IMG/VR virus record: IMGVR_UViG_3300044983_000100
Span: 1 to 36,091 of that record
Direction: 5' to 3' (one strand)
Origin: a virus
Taxonomy: Duplodnaviria; Caudoviricetes
Length of the DNA: 36,091 nucleotides
The notes beneath the pieces are model-generated. The model had not been told where the DNA came from and searched no databases. It saw nothing but the letters and a program-made list of their open reading frames with translations. A program made the position numbers and the translations under genes. Each line of letters begins with the position of its first letter. Position 1 is the first letter of the stretch. Positions 18,854 through 26,948 of this stretch are shown piece by piece.

Positions 18854-19580
18854 CGAGCAGCCGGACCCTCCCGCCCTAGCTCGCGGCAACTCCGGGAACC
18901 GCTACCCGGTCCCGGACCCGACGACGCTGACGACTGAGGCCCTGCGCCGCGAGGTCGAAGCGCTACAGCTCCTCGTCGAGCAGCGGATCGCGGCGCTCAA
19001 AGAGCTGCAGGAGCAGGTCACGAACTCGCTCAAGCAACGCTCGGACGAGAAAGAGCTTCGCCTCCAGGAGCAGCTCGGGGCGCTCGAGTCTCAGACGCGG
19101 GACCTGATCGCGGAGGCGATGCGGAGCTGCGACACCCAGTTCGAGCACGTGCGGCATCAGTTCAAGCAAGTCGAGGCCCTCCGGCTGGAGCAGAAAGCCG
19201 ACACGAAGGCCGCCGTCGACGCCGCCCTGACCGCTCAGAAGGAGGCCGTCAAGGAACAGACGGCGGCGTTCCGGGAGGCCGTCGAGAAGTCCGACGTCGC
19301 GACGGAGAAGCAGATCGAGACGATCGCGAGCGCAGCGAATCTCGCGCGGGAGGAACTGCGCCGACGGGCGGACGAGAACAAGGGGAGCATCGTGGACCTC
19401 GAACGGTCGCTCCGCGCGGAGATCGGGAAGGTCGACGCGAAGGTCAACAGCGCCACCTCGGCCCGCACCGGGGAGAAGGAAAGCAAGAGCTCGACCTACG
19501 CGACGATCGGCGTGGTCGTCGCGATCCTCGCGGTCGGGCTCGCGGTTCTCGGAGCACTCGCCGCTCGAGGCGGGCCGTAG
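18846..19580 (+). CDS. Coiled-coil protein with C-terminal TM anchor (lysis module)
   Basis: Long E/K/Q/A heptad region followed by TIGVVVAILAVGLAVLGAL. Confidence 0.75.
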   Translation: MADEQPDPPALARGNSGNRYPVPDPTTLTTEALRREVEALQLLVEQRIAALKELQEQVTNSLKQRSDEKELRLQEQLGALESQTRDLIAEAMRSCDTQFEHVRHQFKQVEALRLEQKADTKAAVDAALTAQKEAVKEQTAAFREAVEKSDVATEKQIETIASAANLAREELRRRADENKGSIVDLERSLRAEIGKVDAKVNSATSARTGEKESKSSTYATIGVVVAILAVGLAVLGALAARGGP

Positions 19581-19593
19581 GAAGGAGGAGGAG

Positions 19594-19680
19594 ATGATCG
19601 CAGCGGGCTCGGGTCTGTTCATCACGATCCTCGTCGTCGTTCTGATCGTCGCGCTCGTTCTCTTCATCGTCCGTAGATAG
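19594..19680 (+). CDS. 28-aa single-TM micropeptide (not in ORF track)
   Basis: SD AAGGAGGAGGAG; MIAAGSGLFITILVVVLIVALVLFIVRR. Confidence 0.75.
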   Translation: MIAAGSGLFITILVVVLIVALVLFIVRR

Positions 19681-19689
19681 GAGGAAGTT

Positions 19690-20094
19690 ATGACCGGGAA
19701 AGAGGCACTCGGAGTATTCACGCGGACGTTCCTCGTTCTCGCAGGCGCGGTGCTCGTCTCCGTTCAGGGGCTCGAGTGGGCCGACTCGACGCTGATCGGG
19801 AACAACGTTCTAACCCTCGGGCTCGGCTTATTGTCGGCCGCGATCGGCGGGGTCCTCGCGGTCGCCGCCGCCTATCTGATCCATCCGTCGGCGTCGAAGC
19901 TCGAGAAAGCCATCCGCGCGTTCCTTGAGAAGATCATCTCGGCTGGGCTGGTCATCACATTCTCGAGCGTCGCCGACCTCGTCGCGTTTGGGAAGCTCCT
20001 GCCTCCGCTGCTCGTCGCTGCGGCGTTCTCGTTCGTCATCACGTTCATCTCGGTCGAGCCGCCACCGCAAGCACCAGGCGCGGCCACCGGATAG
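19690..20094 (+). CDS. Holin-like multi-TM membrane protein
   Basis: About 4 hydrophobic segments; last gene of the lysis module; SD GGAGG. Confidence 0.7.
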   Translation: MTGKEALGVFTRTFLVLAGAVLVSVQGLEWADSTLIGNNVLTLGLGLLSAAIGGVLAVAAAYLIHPSASKLEKAIRAFLEKIISAGLVITFSSVADLVAFGKLLPPLLVAAAFSFVITFISVEPPPQAPGAATG

Positions 20095-20117
20095 CAGTCG
20101 CGCTCCGCGCGGCCCCC

Positions 20118-20170
20118 AGCGCCCGTCTCCGACCGTTGTTCCTCCCTCGCGGTCGGGGGCGGGCGCTTTC
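20118..20170. terminator. Hairpin terminator between the convergent lysis and recombinase genes
   Basis: 18-bp stem 20118-20135/20150-20167 with two G-U pairs, 14-nt loop, followed by TTC. Confidence 0.75.
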
Positions 20171-20176
20171 GCGCGT

Positions 20177-21034
20177 TCAGAGCACCTTCACGGCGCCGGC
20201 CTGGTCCCCGTCGAACAGGCCGAGGTAGATCCCCGTCGTGGCGACGCTCTCATGGCCGAGGAAGTCCTGTATCACTCGGCTCGGGACGTTCGCGTGATCC
20301 ATCACCGTCGCCGCCGTCGCGCGGAGGGTATGCGTCCGGCACTTCCGTCCCTCGAAACCGCAGTCCCGGGCGGCCTGGGAGACCCACGCCGCGAACTGGA
20401 CTGGGCGGATCCCGAGCAGGGTCCCCGGGACCGTTCCCCGCGGTTCGGGGCCGAGCTCCAGGAGCTCCCGCAGCGCGTGGGCGGCGAGCGGCCCCACGTT
20501 GATTCGCCGGATCTTCGGTCCCTTGCCGACGACTCGGACCTTCCGGCCGTCCCAGTCGATATCCGACTCGGTGATGCCGGCGAACTCCGAGCGCCGCGTA
20601 CCGAGGGCGTAGCAGGCCAGGATGGCCGCTCCACGCCGCGGATGGCGAAGGTGTGCCCTGATGACCAGCGCGGCGAGCTCGTCCCGGGAGAAGGGCTCCT
20701 GGGGGGTTCGACGAGGTGGCCGCGGCTTCACGATGGCGGTCGGGTCCCGCGGGATCTCGCCGCGGGCATAGAGCCAGCCGAAGAACGAGCGAAATGCCTT
20801 GACGTACTGCTGCCTTGAGTGGGCCTTGGCGCCGATCGCTACGGCGAGGAAGGTCGAGATCTCCAGGTCGGTAATCGTCCGGAGGTCGCGGCCGATGATG
20901 CCGGGGTGGTTCCCATCCCCCGGCCACGCCGCGAACTTCATCAGCGCGTAGCCGTAGTCCCAGACCGTCTTGGCCGACAGACTGTTCGCAGTGAGCCAGA
21001 GAGCCCAGTGGTGCAGGAGTTGACCGTTGTCCAC
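20177..21034 (-). CDS. int: Tyrosine recombinase/integrase, XerC-like, no N-terminal arm-binding domain (ORF could extend to 21088)
   Basis: GTRRSEF (R), GKGPK (K), HTLR (HxxR), FLGHES and GIYL (Y). Confidence 0.9.
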   Translation of the reverse strand: MDNGQLLHHWALWLTANSLSAKTVWDYGYALMKFAAWPGDGNHPGIIGRDLRTITDLEISTFLAVAIGAKAHSRQQYVKAFRSFFGWLYARGEIPRDPTAIVKPRPPRRTPQEPFSRDELAALVIRAHLRHPRRGAAILACYALGTRRSEFAGITESDIDWDGRKVRVVGKGPKIRRINVGPLAAHALRELLELGPEPRGTVPGTLLGIRPVQFAAWVSQAARDCGFEGRKCRTHTLRATAATVMDHANVPSRVIQDFLGHESVATTGIYLGLFDGDQAGAVKVL

Positions 21035-21106
21035 CGCCGCCTCGCGGTCTCCTCCCGCGTGACCAGTATGCAGTAGCTTAATCGGCACCGCCGTCGCCTC
21101 GGTGGG

Positions 21107-21442
21107 CTACCTGCCGACCCCGGCGAAGCCTAGGACGGAAGACTCCTCAGAGTTCACCCATTCGCGGAGACTGACCTTCCTGGCCGTAGACGAGTCCGCT
21201 GAATCGGGCTCGAGCCAGGGTACATCGTCGCCGAGAGCGCGCATGATCTTGGCGAGGTTGACGGTTCCGGGGTCGTTCTCGCCGCGTTCGTAGGCGCCGA
21301 TCTGACGGGCGGGGACCCGGGCGCGGAACGCGAGCTGGTCGATCGACCACCCGAGCTCGTTCCGCCGTAGGCGGATGTACTCTCCGGCGCTTCTCGGAAG
21401 CGTGGCCTTCCGCTTCCCCTGTCCTGACTGAGCGGCACCCAT
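21107..21442 (-). CDS. XRE-family immunity repressor
   Basis: IRLRRNELGWSIDQLAFRARVPARQIGAYERGENDP HTH; divergent from cro. Confidence 0.85.
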   Translation of the reverse strand: MGAAQSGQGKRKATLPRSAGEYIRLRRNELGWSIDQLAFRARVPARQIGAYERGENDPGTVNLAKIMRALGDDVPWLEPDSADSSTARKVSLREWVNSEESSVLGFAGVGR

Positions 21443-21451
21443 CAGGGGGAC

Positions 21452-21481
21452 ACTTTGCACCGGACACCCACCTCCTGTCAA
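21452..21481 (-). promoter_or_regulatory. Putative repressor promoter
   Basis: Minus strand TTGACA-18 bp-CAAAGT, 9 nt before ATG 21442; TCCTGTCA direct repeat (21473-21480, 21483-21490) overlaps the -35. Confidence 0.5.
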
Positions 21482-21510
21482 ATCCTGTCACTCTTCATGT
21501 CCTGCGACGC

Positions 21511-21539
21511 TTGACCGGCGATATCTATCCTGCTACATT
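21511..21539 (+). promoter_or_regulatory. Early lytic promoter (sigma70/SigA type) for a leaderless cro
   Basis: TTGACC-17 bp-TACATT with extended TG; GTG start 8 nt after the -10 with no SD. Confidence 0.75.
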
Positions 21540-21547
21540 CCTCCCCC

Positions 21548-21739
21548 GTGAACAAGGTCAAGGAACTCAGAGAGGCCCGTGCCATGTCGCAGGAGCGCCT
21601 CGCCTACGCATCCGGCGTCGCCGTGAAGACGATCCAGCGCCTCGAGCAGACGGGCCGCGCCAACTCCGAGACCCTCCGCGCGGTCGCCGCTGCGCTCGGC
21701 GTCGGTCTGGATGACCTGTTCGAGCCGGTGGCGTCGTGA
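21548..21739 (+). CDS. cro: Cro-like XRE HTH protein
   Basis: VKELREARAMSQERLAYASGVAVKTIQRLEQ; 63 aa. Confidence 0.88.
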   Translation: MNKVKELREARAMSQERLAYASGVAVKTIQRLEQTGRANSETLRAVAAALGVGLDDLFEPVAS

Positions 21740-21849
21740 CCGAGGACCTGTTGGCACTTGCGCGCGGCCTCCGTCTCCTCAGCCTCGTCGTCGGTGTTGC
21801 GCTGGGGCTGCTGATTCTGGTTCTGATCGTGAGAGGGGTAACAGGATGA
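21736..21849 (+). CDS. 37-aa membrane peptide (not in ORF track)
   Basis: GTGA and ATGA overlaps at both ends; LLSLVVGVALGLLILVLIV. Confidence 0.7.
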   Translation: MTEDLLALARGLRLLSLVVGVALGLLILVLIVRGVTG

Positions 21850-22226
21850 AACGCGCACTGATCACCCTGCTGGTCGGGTTGACGATCCTGATCGGGTTCT
21901 CGGTGCCCGCACGCGCCGAGGGAGCACCTCCGCCGGCCGGACACTGCGAGCACCACTATGCCCTGAGCTACATCGACTGCACCTCAGCCGGTCTCCGGTG
22001 GATCTCGTCGGCAGAGAAGACGCGCGTAGACCGGGTCCGCTGCGAGATCCCGAGCAACTACCGGGTGGTGTGCTTCAACTACACGCCGTACGTGGTCCGG
22101 GTCCGGGTGAACATGTTCACCACGAACGGCCTCTACGTCCGGTACATCCGGATCCCCTACACCCGCAAGGTCATCTACTCACCGGCCTACATCAACCGCA
22201 TCACCTGGCGCTGGTGGTGGGCGTGA
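21846..22226 (+). CDS. Secreted protein with Sec signal peptide
   Basis: MKR, hydrophobic core, ARA cleavage site; 4 Cys; Tyr/Arg-rich beta mature part. Confidence 0.75.
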   Translation: MKRALITLLVGLTILIGFSVPARAEGAPPPAGHCEHHYALSYIDCTSAGLRWISSAEKTRVDRVRCEIPSNYRVVCFNYTPYVVRVRVNMFTTNGLYVRYIRIPYTRKVIYSPAYINRITWRWWWA

Positions 22227-22414
22227 TCGTCCTGTCGCCGACCGAGCGCCGCGTGTTCGAGTTGTTCCTTCGGGGCAACTCGCTCGATCAGATCGCCGTC
22301 GTCTGCTGCATCTCGTTCTACACCGCGCGCGAGCACCTCAGCGCGGTCGTGCGGAAGTTCGGAGTCCGATCCCGCGCGGAGCTGCTGTACGTGACGAGTG
22401 GGAGGGCGGCGTGA
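22223..22414 (+). CDS. Stand-alone LuxR/GerE-type HTH regulator
   Basis: LSPTERRVFEL..G.S..QIA....IS..TAREHL..V.RKFGVRSRAEL. Confidence 0.85.
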   Translation: MIVLSPTERRVFELFLRGNSLDQIAVVCCISFYTAREHLSAVVRKFGVRSRAELLYVTSGRAA

Positions 22415-22632
22415 AGCGCGATCCCATCCTCGGCGCGTGGGACCACACGCCGACCTCGGTCACCTATCGCTGCAGCTTCTGTCGGCGCCTGTGCAAGGGT
22501 CCGCTCGGGCTCGAGGGCACGCGGCACGAGGAGTGCGGCAGCGGACGTCTGACGACGATCGCCCACGTGACCCGAGCCATGTTGCGTGATCACGAGCTGT
22601 CGGATGCGATCGTCGAGATGGACGACGCCTGA
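22411..22632 (+). CDS. Hypothetical protein (CxxC)
   Basis: GTGA coupling; 73 aa. Confidence 0.6.
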   Translation: MKRDPILGAWDHTPTSVTYRCSFCRRLCKGPLGLEGTRHEECGSGRLTTIAHVTRAMLRDHELSDAIVEMDDA

Positions 22633-22868
22633 TGCCGGGCTATCGTCCCTACACCGAGTGGTCCCGCTGCGCCGAATGCAACGGCGTCGACGTCCTGAGC
22701 ATCGGCGTGATCCATCACCGCGCCGGCTGCTCGCAGGATCCCGATGGCACCCCGGGCCAGACAGCGGTGCCGCTCGAGCGGCCCAAGCCAGCGTTGGTTC
22801 GGCGTAGGGACCGTATCGCGCCGTCGGCGCTGGCTCGGCTCCGAGAGTTGCGGACGGTGAGTCGATGA
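22632..22868 (+). CDS. Hypothetical Zn-binding protein (CxxC...HxxxC)
   Basis: TGATG coupling; 78 aa. Confidence 0.6.
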   Translation: MPGYRPYTEWSRCAECNGVDVLSIGVIHHRAGCSQDPDGTPGQTAVPLERPKPALVRRRDRIAPSALARLRELRTVSR

Positions 22869-23290
22869 GCCAGTCGCTTGAGTCCAGACTCCGAGAGTCC
22901 ACCGAGATGCGCAGCGACGGATGCCGGATTTGGACCGGGGCCTGCAACACGAATGGTTACGGCCGGATCTCTTTCAACAACCAGAAGCACTATGTCCACA
23001 GGCTCTCCTACGAGCTGCGCGTCGGACCGATTCCGCCGGGGCTCGTTCTCGACCACCTATGCCGCAATACACTCTGCGTCAATCCCGGTCACCTTGAGCC
23101 CTGCACCGATCGCGTCAACATCCTTCGTGGTGTCGGCTGGACGGCGGAACAGGCTCGGAAGACGCGCTGTGTTCGAGGGCATGAGTTCACGCCCGAGAAC
23201 ACATGGATCAGTCCACGTGGACACCGAGGCTGTCGAGCCTGCAACCGAGAGAACCAGCGCCGTCGGACCGCGCAGCGGGCGGTCGCCTGA
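22865..23290 (+). CDS. HNH endonuclease (HNH_3 type) with C-terminal Zn knuckle
   Basis: [33 protein letters not shown]...N and CVRGH...CRAC. Confidence 0.9.
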   Translation: MSQSLESRLRESTEMRSDGCRIWTGACNTNGYGRISFNNQKHYVHRLSYELRVGPIPPGLVLDHLCRNTLCVNPGHLEPCTDRVNILRGVGWTAEQARKTRCVRGHEFTPENTWISPRGHRGCRACNRENQRRRTAQRAVA

Positions 23291-24408
23291 TGTCGCCTAT
23301 CCAAGGCGTAGCGCCTCGCCTGCTCGAAATCGGGCGGATCCGTATGGGGAAGAAGGGTGCGAAGGGCGAGCCAACCAAGCTCCAGAACTGGCGCCTGACA
23401 TCGGCCTATCTCGATTCCCTCAACGCCGCGGCGAAGATCTGGGGCGGTGTCGTCGGCGAGTGGGAAGGCGGCTACGAGCTCCTCACCGAGAGCAGCGTCC
23501 TCGAGGTCCTGGTCCCGCCGAATGCCTTCACGTCCTATATGGAAGCATTCACGGCCGCCGGCATCCAGCGCCGATGCGACGGCCTGACCGAGCTCATCAC
23601 CGGGGACGAGTGTCTGTGCAACGCCGACGGGGATCAGGTCTGCGAGCCGTCGACGAACCTGCGCGTCCTGCTCCCGCAGCTCCCGGGGATCGGCTCGTGG
23701 AGACTGGCGACGAAGGGATGGACCGCCGCCGCCGAGCTCCAGGGAACGATCGAGCTGCTACAGAAGACGGCGCATCGGAGCGAGTGGCCCGCCGCCGAGC
23801 TGTTCCTGGACCAGCGCTCCAAGGTCGTTGCAGGGCAGACCCGCCGGTTCATCGTCCCCGTGCTGCGTCTGCCGTACTCACTCGCCGAGCTCGGCGCATC
23901 AGAGACACGCTCGCTCGGCTCCGGAGCCGTCGTCCGTGTCGACACGGTCACAGGTGAGATCAATCCTCTTGAGTCTCCTTCGCGGGAGACGCCCGCCGGG
24001 GTTCCCTCTCTTTCCGCGGCGGGCGAACAGTCGGCACCGATACGTGGGCGCAGCGCTGGTGCCGATGGGGTCGGTCGGGTCGATACCAGATCCCCGGCCG
24101 GCCCCGAGTCGTCGGAGGAGGGTACAACCGCGGCGGACGAACAGGGACATCGGGGAACGACTGCGGACCCCTCCTCCGATCATGTACCCCCGGCCGCAGG
24201 ACCACGGCGTGAGGCGAAGTCGCCGAGTCGAGGCGTAGCGACCAAGGGGGAGGCTGGCGACCACGGGAAACCGGCGTCCGCGGCCTCCCCCGCCGGGGGT
24301 CGTAAGCAGTACCCGATCGCCGTGAAGGACTGCCTGCACACGGTCGGCGTGGACGTGGAAGGACGCTGCACCGATTGCGGCGCGCTCATCGCGGAGGCGG
24401 CGTCGTGA
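23290..24408 (+). CDS. phiC31 Gp3-like (RDF-like) recombination protein with low-complexity tail
   Basis: EIGRIRMG, P.KL..WRLTS, RRCDG, C.C..C.PST.LRVLLP.LPG.G.WRL.TKGW.AA.EL. Confidence 0.75.
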   Translation: MSPIQGVAPRLLEIGRIRMGKKGAKGEPTKLQNWRLTSAYLDSLNAAAKIWGGVVGEWEGGYELLTESSVLEVLVPPNAFTSYMEAFTAAGIQRRCDGLTELITGDECLCNADGDQVCEPSTNLRVLLPQLPGIGSWRLATKGWTAAAELQGTIELLQKTAHRSEWPAAELFLDQRSKVVAGQTRRFIVPVLRLPYSLAELGASETRSLGSGAVVRVDTVTGEINPLESPSRETPAGVPSLSAAGEQSAPIRGRSAGADGVGRVDTRSPAGPESSEEGTTAADEQGHRGTTADPSSDHVPPAAGPRREAKSPSRGVATKGEAGDHGKPASAASPAGGRKQYPIAVKDCLHTVGVDVEGRCTDCGALIAEAAS

Positions 24409-24584
24409 GCTGGGTCACGGAACTGCGCTGCCAACACTGCGACTGGACCATCAGCGCCGAGAACGCCTCTCGCCGCGACGGATGGCGCGCGCTCGCCGGC
24501 GACTTCGCCGAACACATCAAGACCCACGAGGGCCACGTGAGCCCGATCGAGATGAGGGTGGAGCAATGGAAGGCGGCGTCGTAG
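24405..24584 (+). CDS. C2H2-like zinc finger protein
   Basis: CQHC...HIKTH; GTGA coupling after GGAGG. Confidence 0.65.
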   Translation: MSWVTELRCQHCDWTISAENASRRDGWRALAGDFAEHIKTHEGHVSPIEMRVEQWKAAS

Positions 24585-24603
24585 CCGCAGAGAGGAGAAG
24601 GCC

Positions 24604-25077
24604 ATGTTCACTAAGCGCGACAAGGAGGAGCTGGTCGAGGAGATCGCCAAGCTGCGCGGCGAGATCAAGCTCTTACGCGAGGAGAAGAAGGCTGTTGGCA
24701 AGGCCGCCGACCTTCAGGAAGAGATCAACGACCTCACGAAGAAGCTGACCGACCTCCAGATCGAGGAAGACCGCGTCACCGAGAAACACGCCCGTGAGCG
24801 GCGTGAGGTCGAGCACATGGTCGGGCTCGAGCGCAAGCGCCAGGAGTTCGAGGTCGAGCAGGCCAAACGGGAGACCCAGGTAGAGCTGCGCGAGGCCGCT
24901 CTAACGGAGCAGCGCAAGCGGTTCGAAGAGCAGATGAAGTTCATCGAGAACCGTCTCGCCGACGAGGTGAAGTATCTGAAGGACGACATCGTCAAGGCCC
25001 TCCTCAAGGCCATCCCGAGCTTCCGCGTCGACCGCAAGGAGACGGTCGGCGCCGGAGCAAACGGGGATGGGGAGTAG
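24604..25077 (+). CDS. Coiled-coil hypothetical protein
   Basis: SD GAGGAG; E/K/R-rich heptads. Confidence 0.75.
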   Translation: MFTKRDKEELVEEIAKLRGEIKLLREEKKAVGKAADLQEEINDLTKKLTDLQIEEDRVTEKHARERREVEHMVGLERKRQEFEVEQAKRETQVELREAALTEQRKRFEEQMKFIENRLADEVKYLKDDIVKALLKAIPSFRVDRKETVGAGANGDGE

Positions 25078-25081
25078 GCCG

Positions 25082-25327
25082 ATGGCCGGTGCGTACTTCA
25101 ACTGGCCATATAACGTTTCGTCCTCCTCGGTAACGAACGCCGTCTACACGATCGGGACAACATGGGATAGCACGACCGCGGCCCCACGAGCTGTTGAGTG
25201 GAACGGTGCAGCGATCCGGCTTGGTCCATCGGCAGTCGTAGCGGCACCGTCTGAGGAATCCCCGACCGAGTGGTTGCGTCGGCGTGTCGAAGAGATGCGT
25301 GTCGATGTCCTCGCGGAGGCTGCGTGA
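25082..25327 (+). CDS. Hypothetical protein
   Basis: SD GGGGAG; ends EWLRRRVEEM...AEAA. Confidence 0.6.
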   Translation: MAGAYFNWPYNVSSSSVTNAVYTIGTTWDSTTAAPRAVEWNGAAIRLGPSAVVAAPSEESPTEWLRRRVEEMRVDVLAEAA

Positions 25328-25512
25328 ACGACTACGCCGTCCTGTTCGCCTTCATCGCTGCTGCTCTGCTCGTCGAGTTCATCCTCGTCATGCTCGCGGC
25401 GGGCCGGCAGCTCCGAGCGTTTGCTCGTTCCTTCTCCATGTATCAACCGCGTGATCCGAAGGTCCGTCTCTACGGCGGGGTCCACGATTGGGAACGGGAG
25501 GGGGAGCTGTGA
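25324..25512 (+). CDS. Small membrane protein
   Basis: GTGA coupling; N-terminal TM segment. Confidence 0.6.
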   Translation: MNDYAVLFAFIAAALLVEFILVMLAAGRQLRAFARSFSMYQPRDPKVRLYGGVHDWEREGEL

Positions 25513-25940
25513 CGGATGAGGACCTCCTGAACTCAACCCAAACCGCGGAGGTATTGGGGATCGGGCGCACGTACGTATACGAACTTGTACGACGTGGTGA
25601 TCTCACACCTAAGAGAACGCACCCCAATCGCTTCACACGGGAGGACGTAGAGCTTCTTGGTGATGGTTGGCGGAGGAAGCGAGGGCCTACACACGGCCTT
25701 GCTTCCACGTATCGCGGTTACGGGTGTCGATGCGATGAGTGCACCCGCGCCAACACAGAGCGGACTCGGTTGGAACGAGCCGACCGCTTTAGCCGACAGC
25801 CGCCCAAGGGCTCGCATGGTAAGGCCACAACGTATTCGAACTGGGGTTGCCGCTGCGGGCGGTGCCGCAAGGCAAACACGGCGTACAACGCGCCTTATGC
25901 GCGCGCCTATCAAACCCGACAGAAGGCGATGATGTCGTGA
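25509..25940 (+). CDS. Excisionase-like (HTH_17) protein fused to two HG-STY-GCRC-xx-C Zn repeats
   Basis: LLNSTQTAEVLGIGRTYVYELVRRGDL; HGLASTYRGYGCRCDEC and HGKATTYSNWGCRCGRC. Confidence 0.75.
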   Translation: MTDEDLLNSTQTAEVLGIGRTYVYELVRRGDLTPKRTHPNRFTREDVELLGDGWRRKRGPTHGLASTYRGYGCRCDECTRANTERTRLERADRFSRQPPKGSHGKATTYSNWGCRCGRCRKANTAYNAPYARAYQTRQKAMMS

Positions 25941-26158
25941 GCCTCGCCGACATCCGCGTCCCCGCCCCCGTGATGACCCCAGAACGCCGACGCCGTATCG
26001 ACATGCTCCGGCGTGACTACCTCAGCAACGAAGCCAAGCAGTACCTCGTCACGAACGAATGCGCTGACCTCGGTCACATCCCGAAGGTGGACAAGCCGAT
26101 GGGGGAAAAAAGGGATTGGGAGAAGGGCTGCGTCTGCTCGGCGAGGAAGTGGATCTGA
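25937..26158 (+). CDS. Hypothetical protein
   Basis: GTGA coupling; C..GH...C.C pattern. Confidence 0.55.
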   Translation: MSLADIRVPAPVMTPERRRRIDMLRRDYLSNEAKQYLVTNECADLGHIPKVDKPMGEKRDWEKGCVCSARKWI

Positions 26159-26706
26159 GTGAAGTATCGGACGATCGTCGTCGACCCACCGTGGTTCTAC
26201 AGCCGAGCGGTGAAGGGCGGGCCGAAGGCTGGTGACGACGTGCACCACGCCCCCTTCCCCTACCCGACCATGACCGTTCCCGAGATTGCGGCATTGCCTT
26301 TGGTTGACCTCGCCGACGACGACTGCGCGCTGTGGTTGTGGGCGACGAACGCCTATCTGCCCGATGCGTTCGGTCTGCTGTTCGGCTGGGGTTTCAAGTA
26401 CCGCCAGACGCTCGTATGGGGAAAGCACAATCCGATGCCGGTCGGAAGAGCGTTGCTCCATCGGGCGCGGAGTTTCTCCTATTCGCCAAACGCGGCCAAC
26501 CGAAGATGACCTGGGCGTGGCCCAACTCTGTCTTCATGCTCGCCCGACCCCTGCCGCGTCGCCACAGCACCAAGCCCGAATCGTTCATGGACTACATCGA
26601 GGCGAGCAGTCCTTCACCGCGACTTGAGATGTTCGCGCGACGTCAACGACTCGGCTGGGATACCTGGGGCAACGAAGCTCTTGAGCATGTGGAGTTGGCG
26701 ACATGA
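26159..26706 (+). CDS. MT-A70-family adenine methyltransferase split over two frames (programmed -1 shift, or pseudogene/assembly indel)
   Basis: Frame 1: IVVDPPW, YPTM, LWLWATN, TLVWGK; -1 frame: EFLLFAKRG, HSTKP, LEMFAR, GWDTWGNE. Confidence 0.85.
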
Positions 26707-26948
26707 GCGCCGCGATCTGTTCGCACCCGTCCCACACAGGCTCCCGCCTCGTCGAACGCCGAGACCTCCTCGAGGAGCGCACCGAATGGCGCGACGTGGT
26801 GACCCAGGCCAGGTTCCTGGTCCGCAATCGCCGACGGGTCTGCCGTGACTGCGCTCGGCGTGACGTTGCGCGGATAGACGGCGTGACGACCGAAGACACG
26901 CAGCAGACGCTTGAGCACTTGGCAACGAAGCTGGGGCTCGACTCGTGA
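26703..26948 (+). CDS. Hypothetical protein (CxxC)
   Basis: ATGA coupling; 81 aa. Confidence 0.55.
   Translation: MSAAICSHPSHTGSRLVERRDLLEERTEWRDVVTQARFLVRNRRRVCRDCARRDVARIDGVTTEDTQQTLEHLATKLGLDS

Noticed and set aside
21190-21225. GGCTCGAGCCC resembling a tRNA T-loop/att core in the repressor 3' end
   Set aside because: It lacks the TTC and a proper 5-bp T-stem; no cloverleaf.
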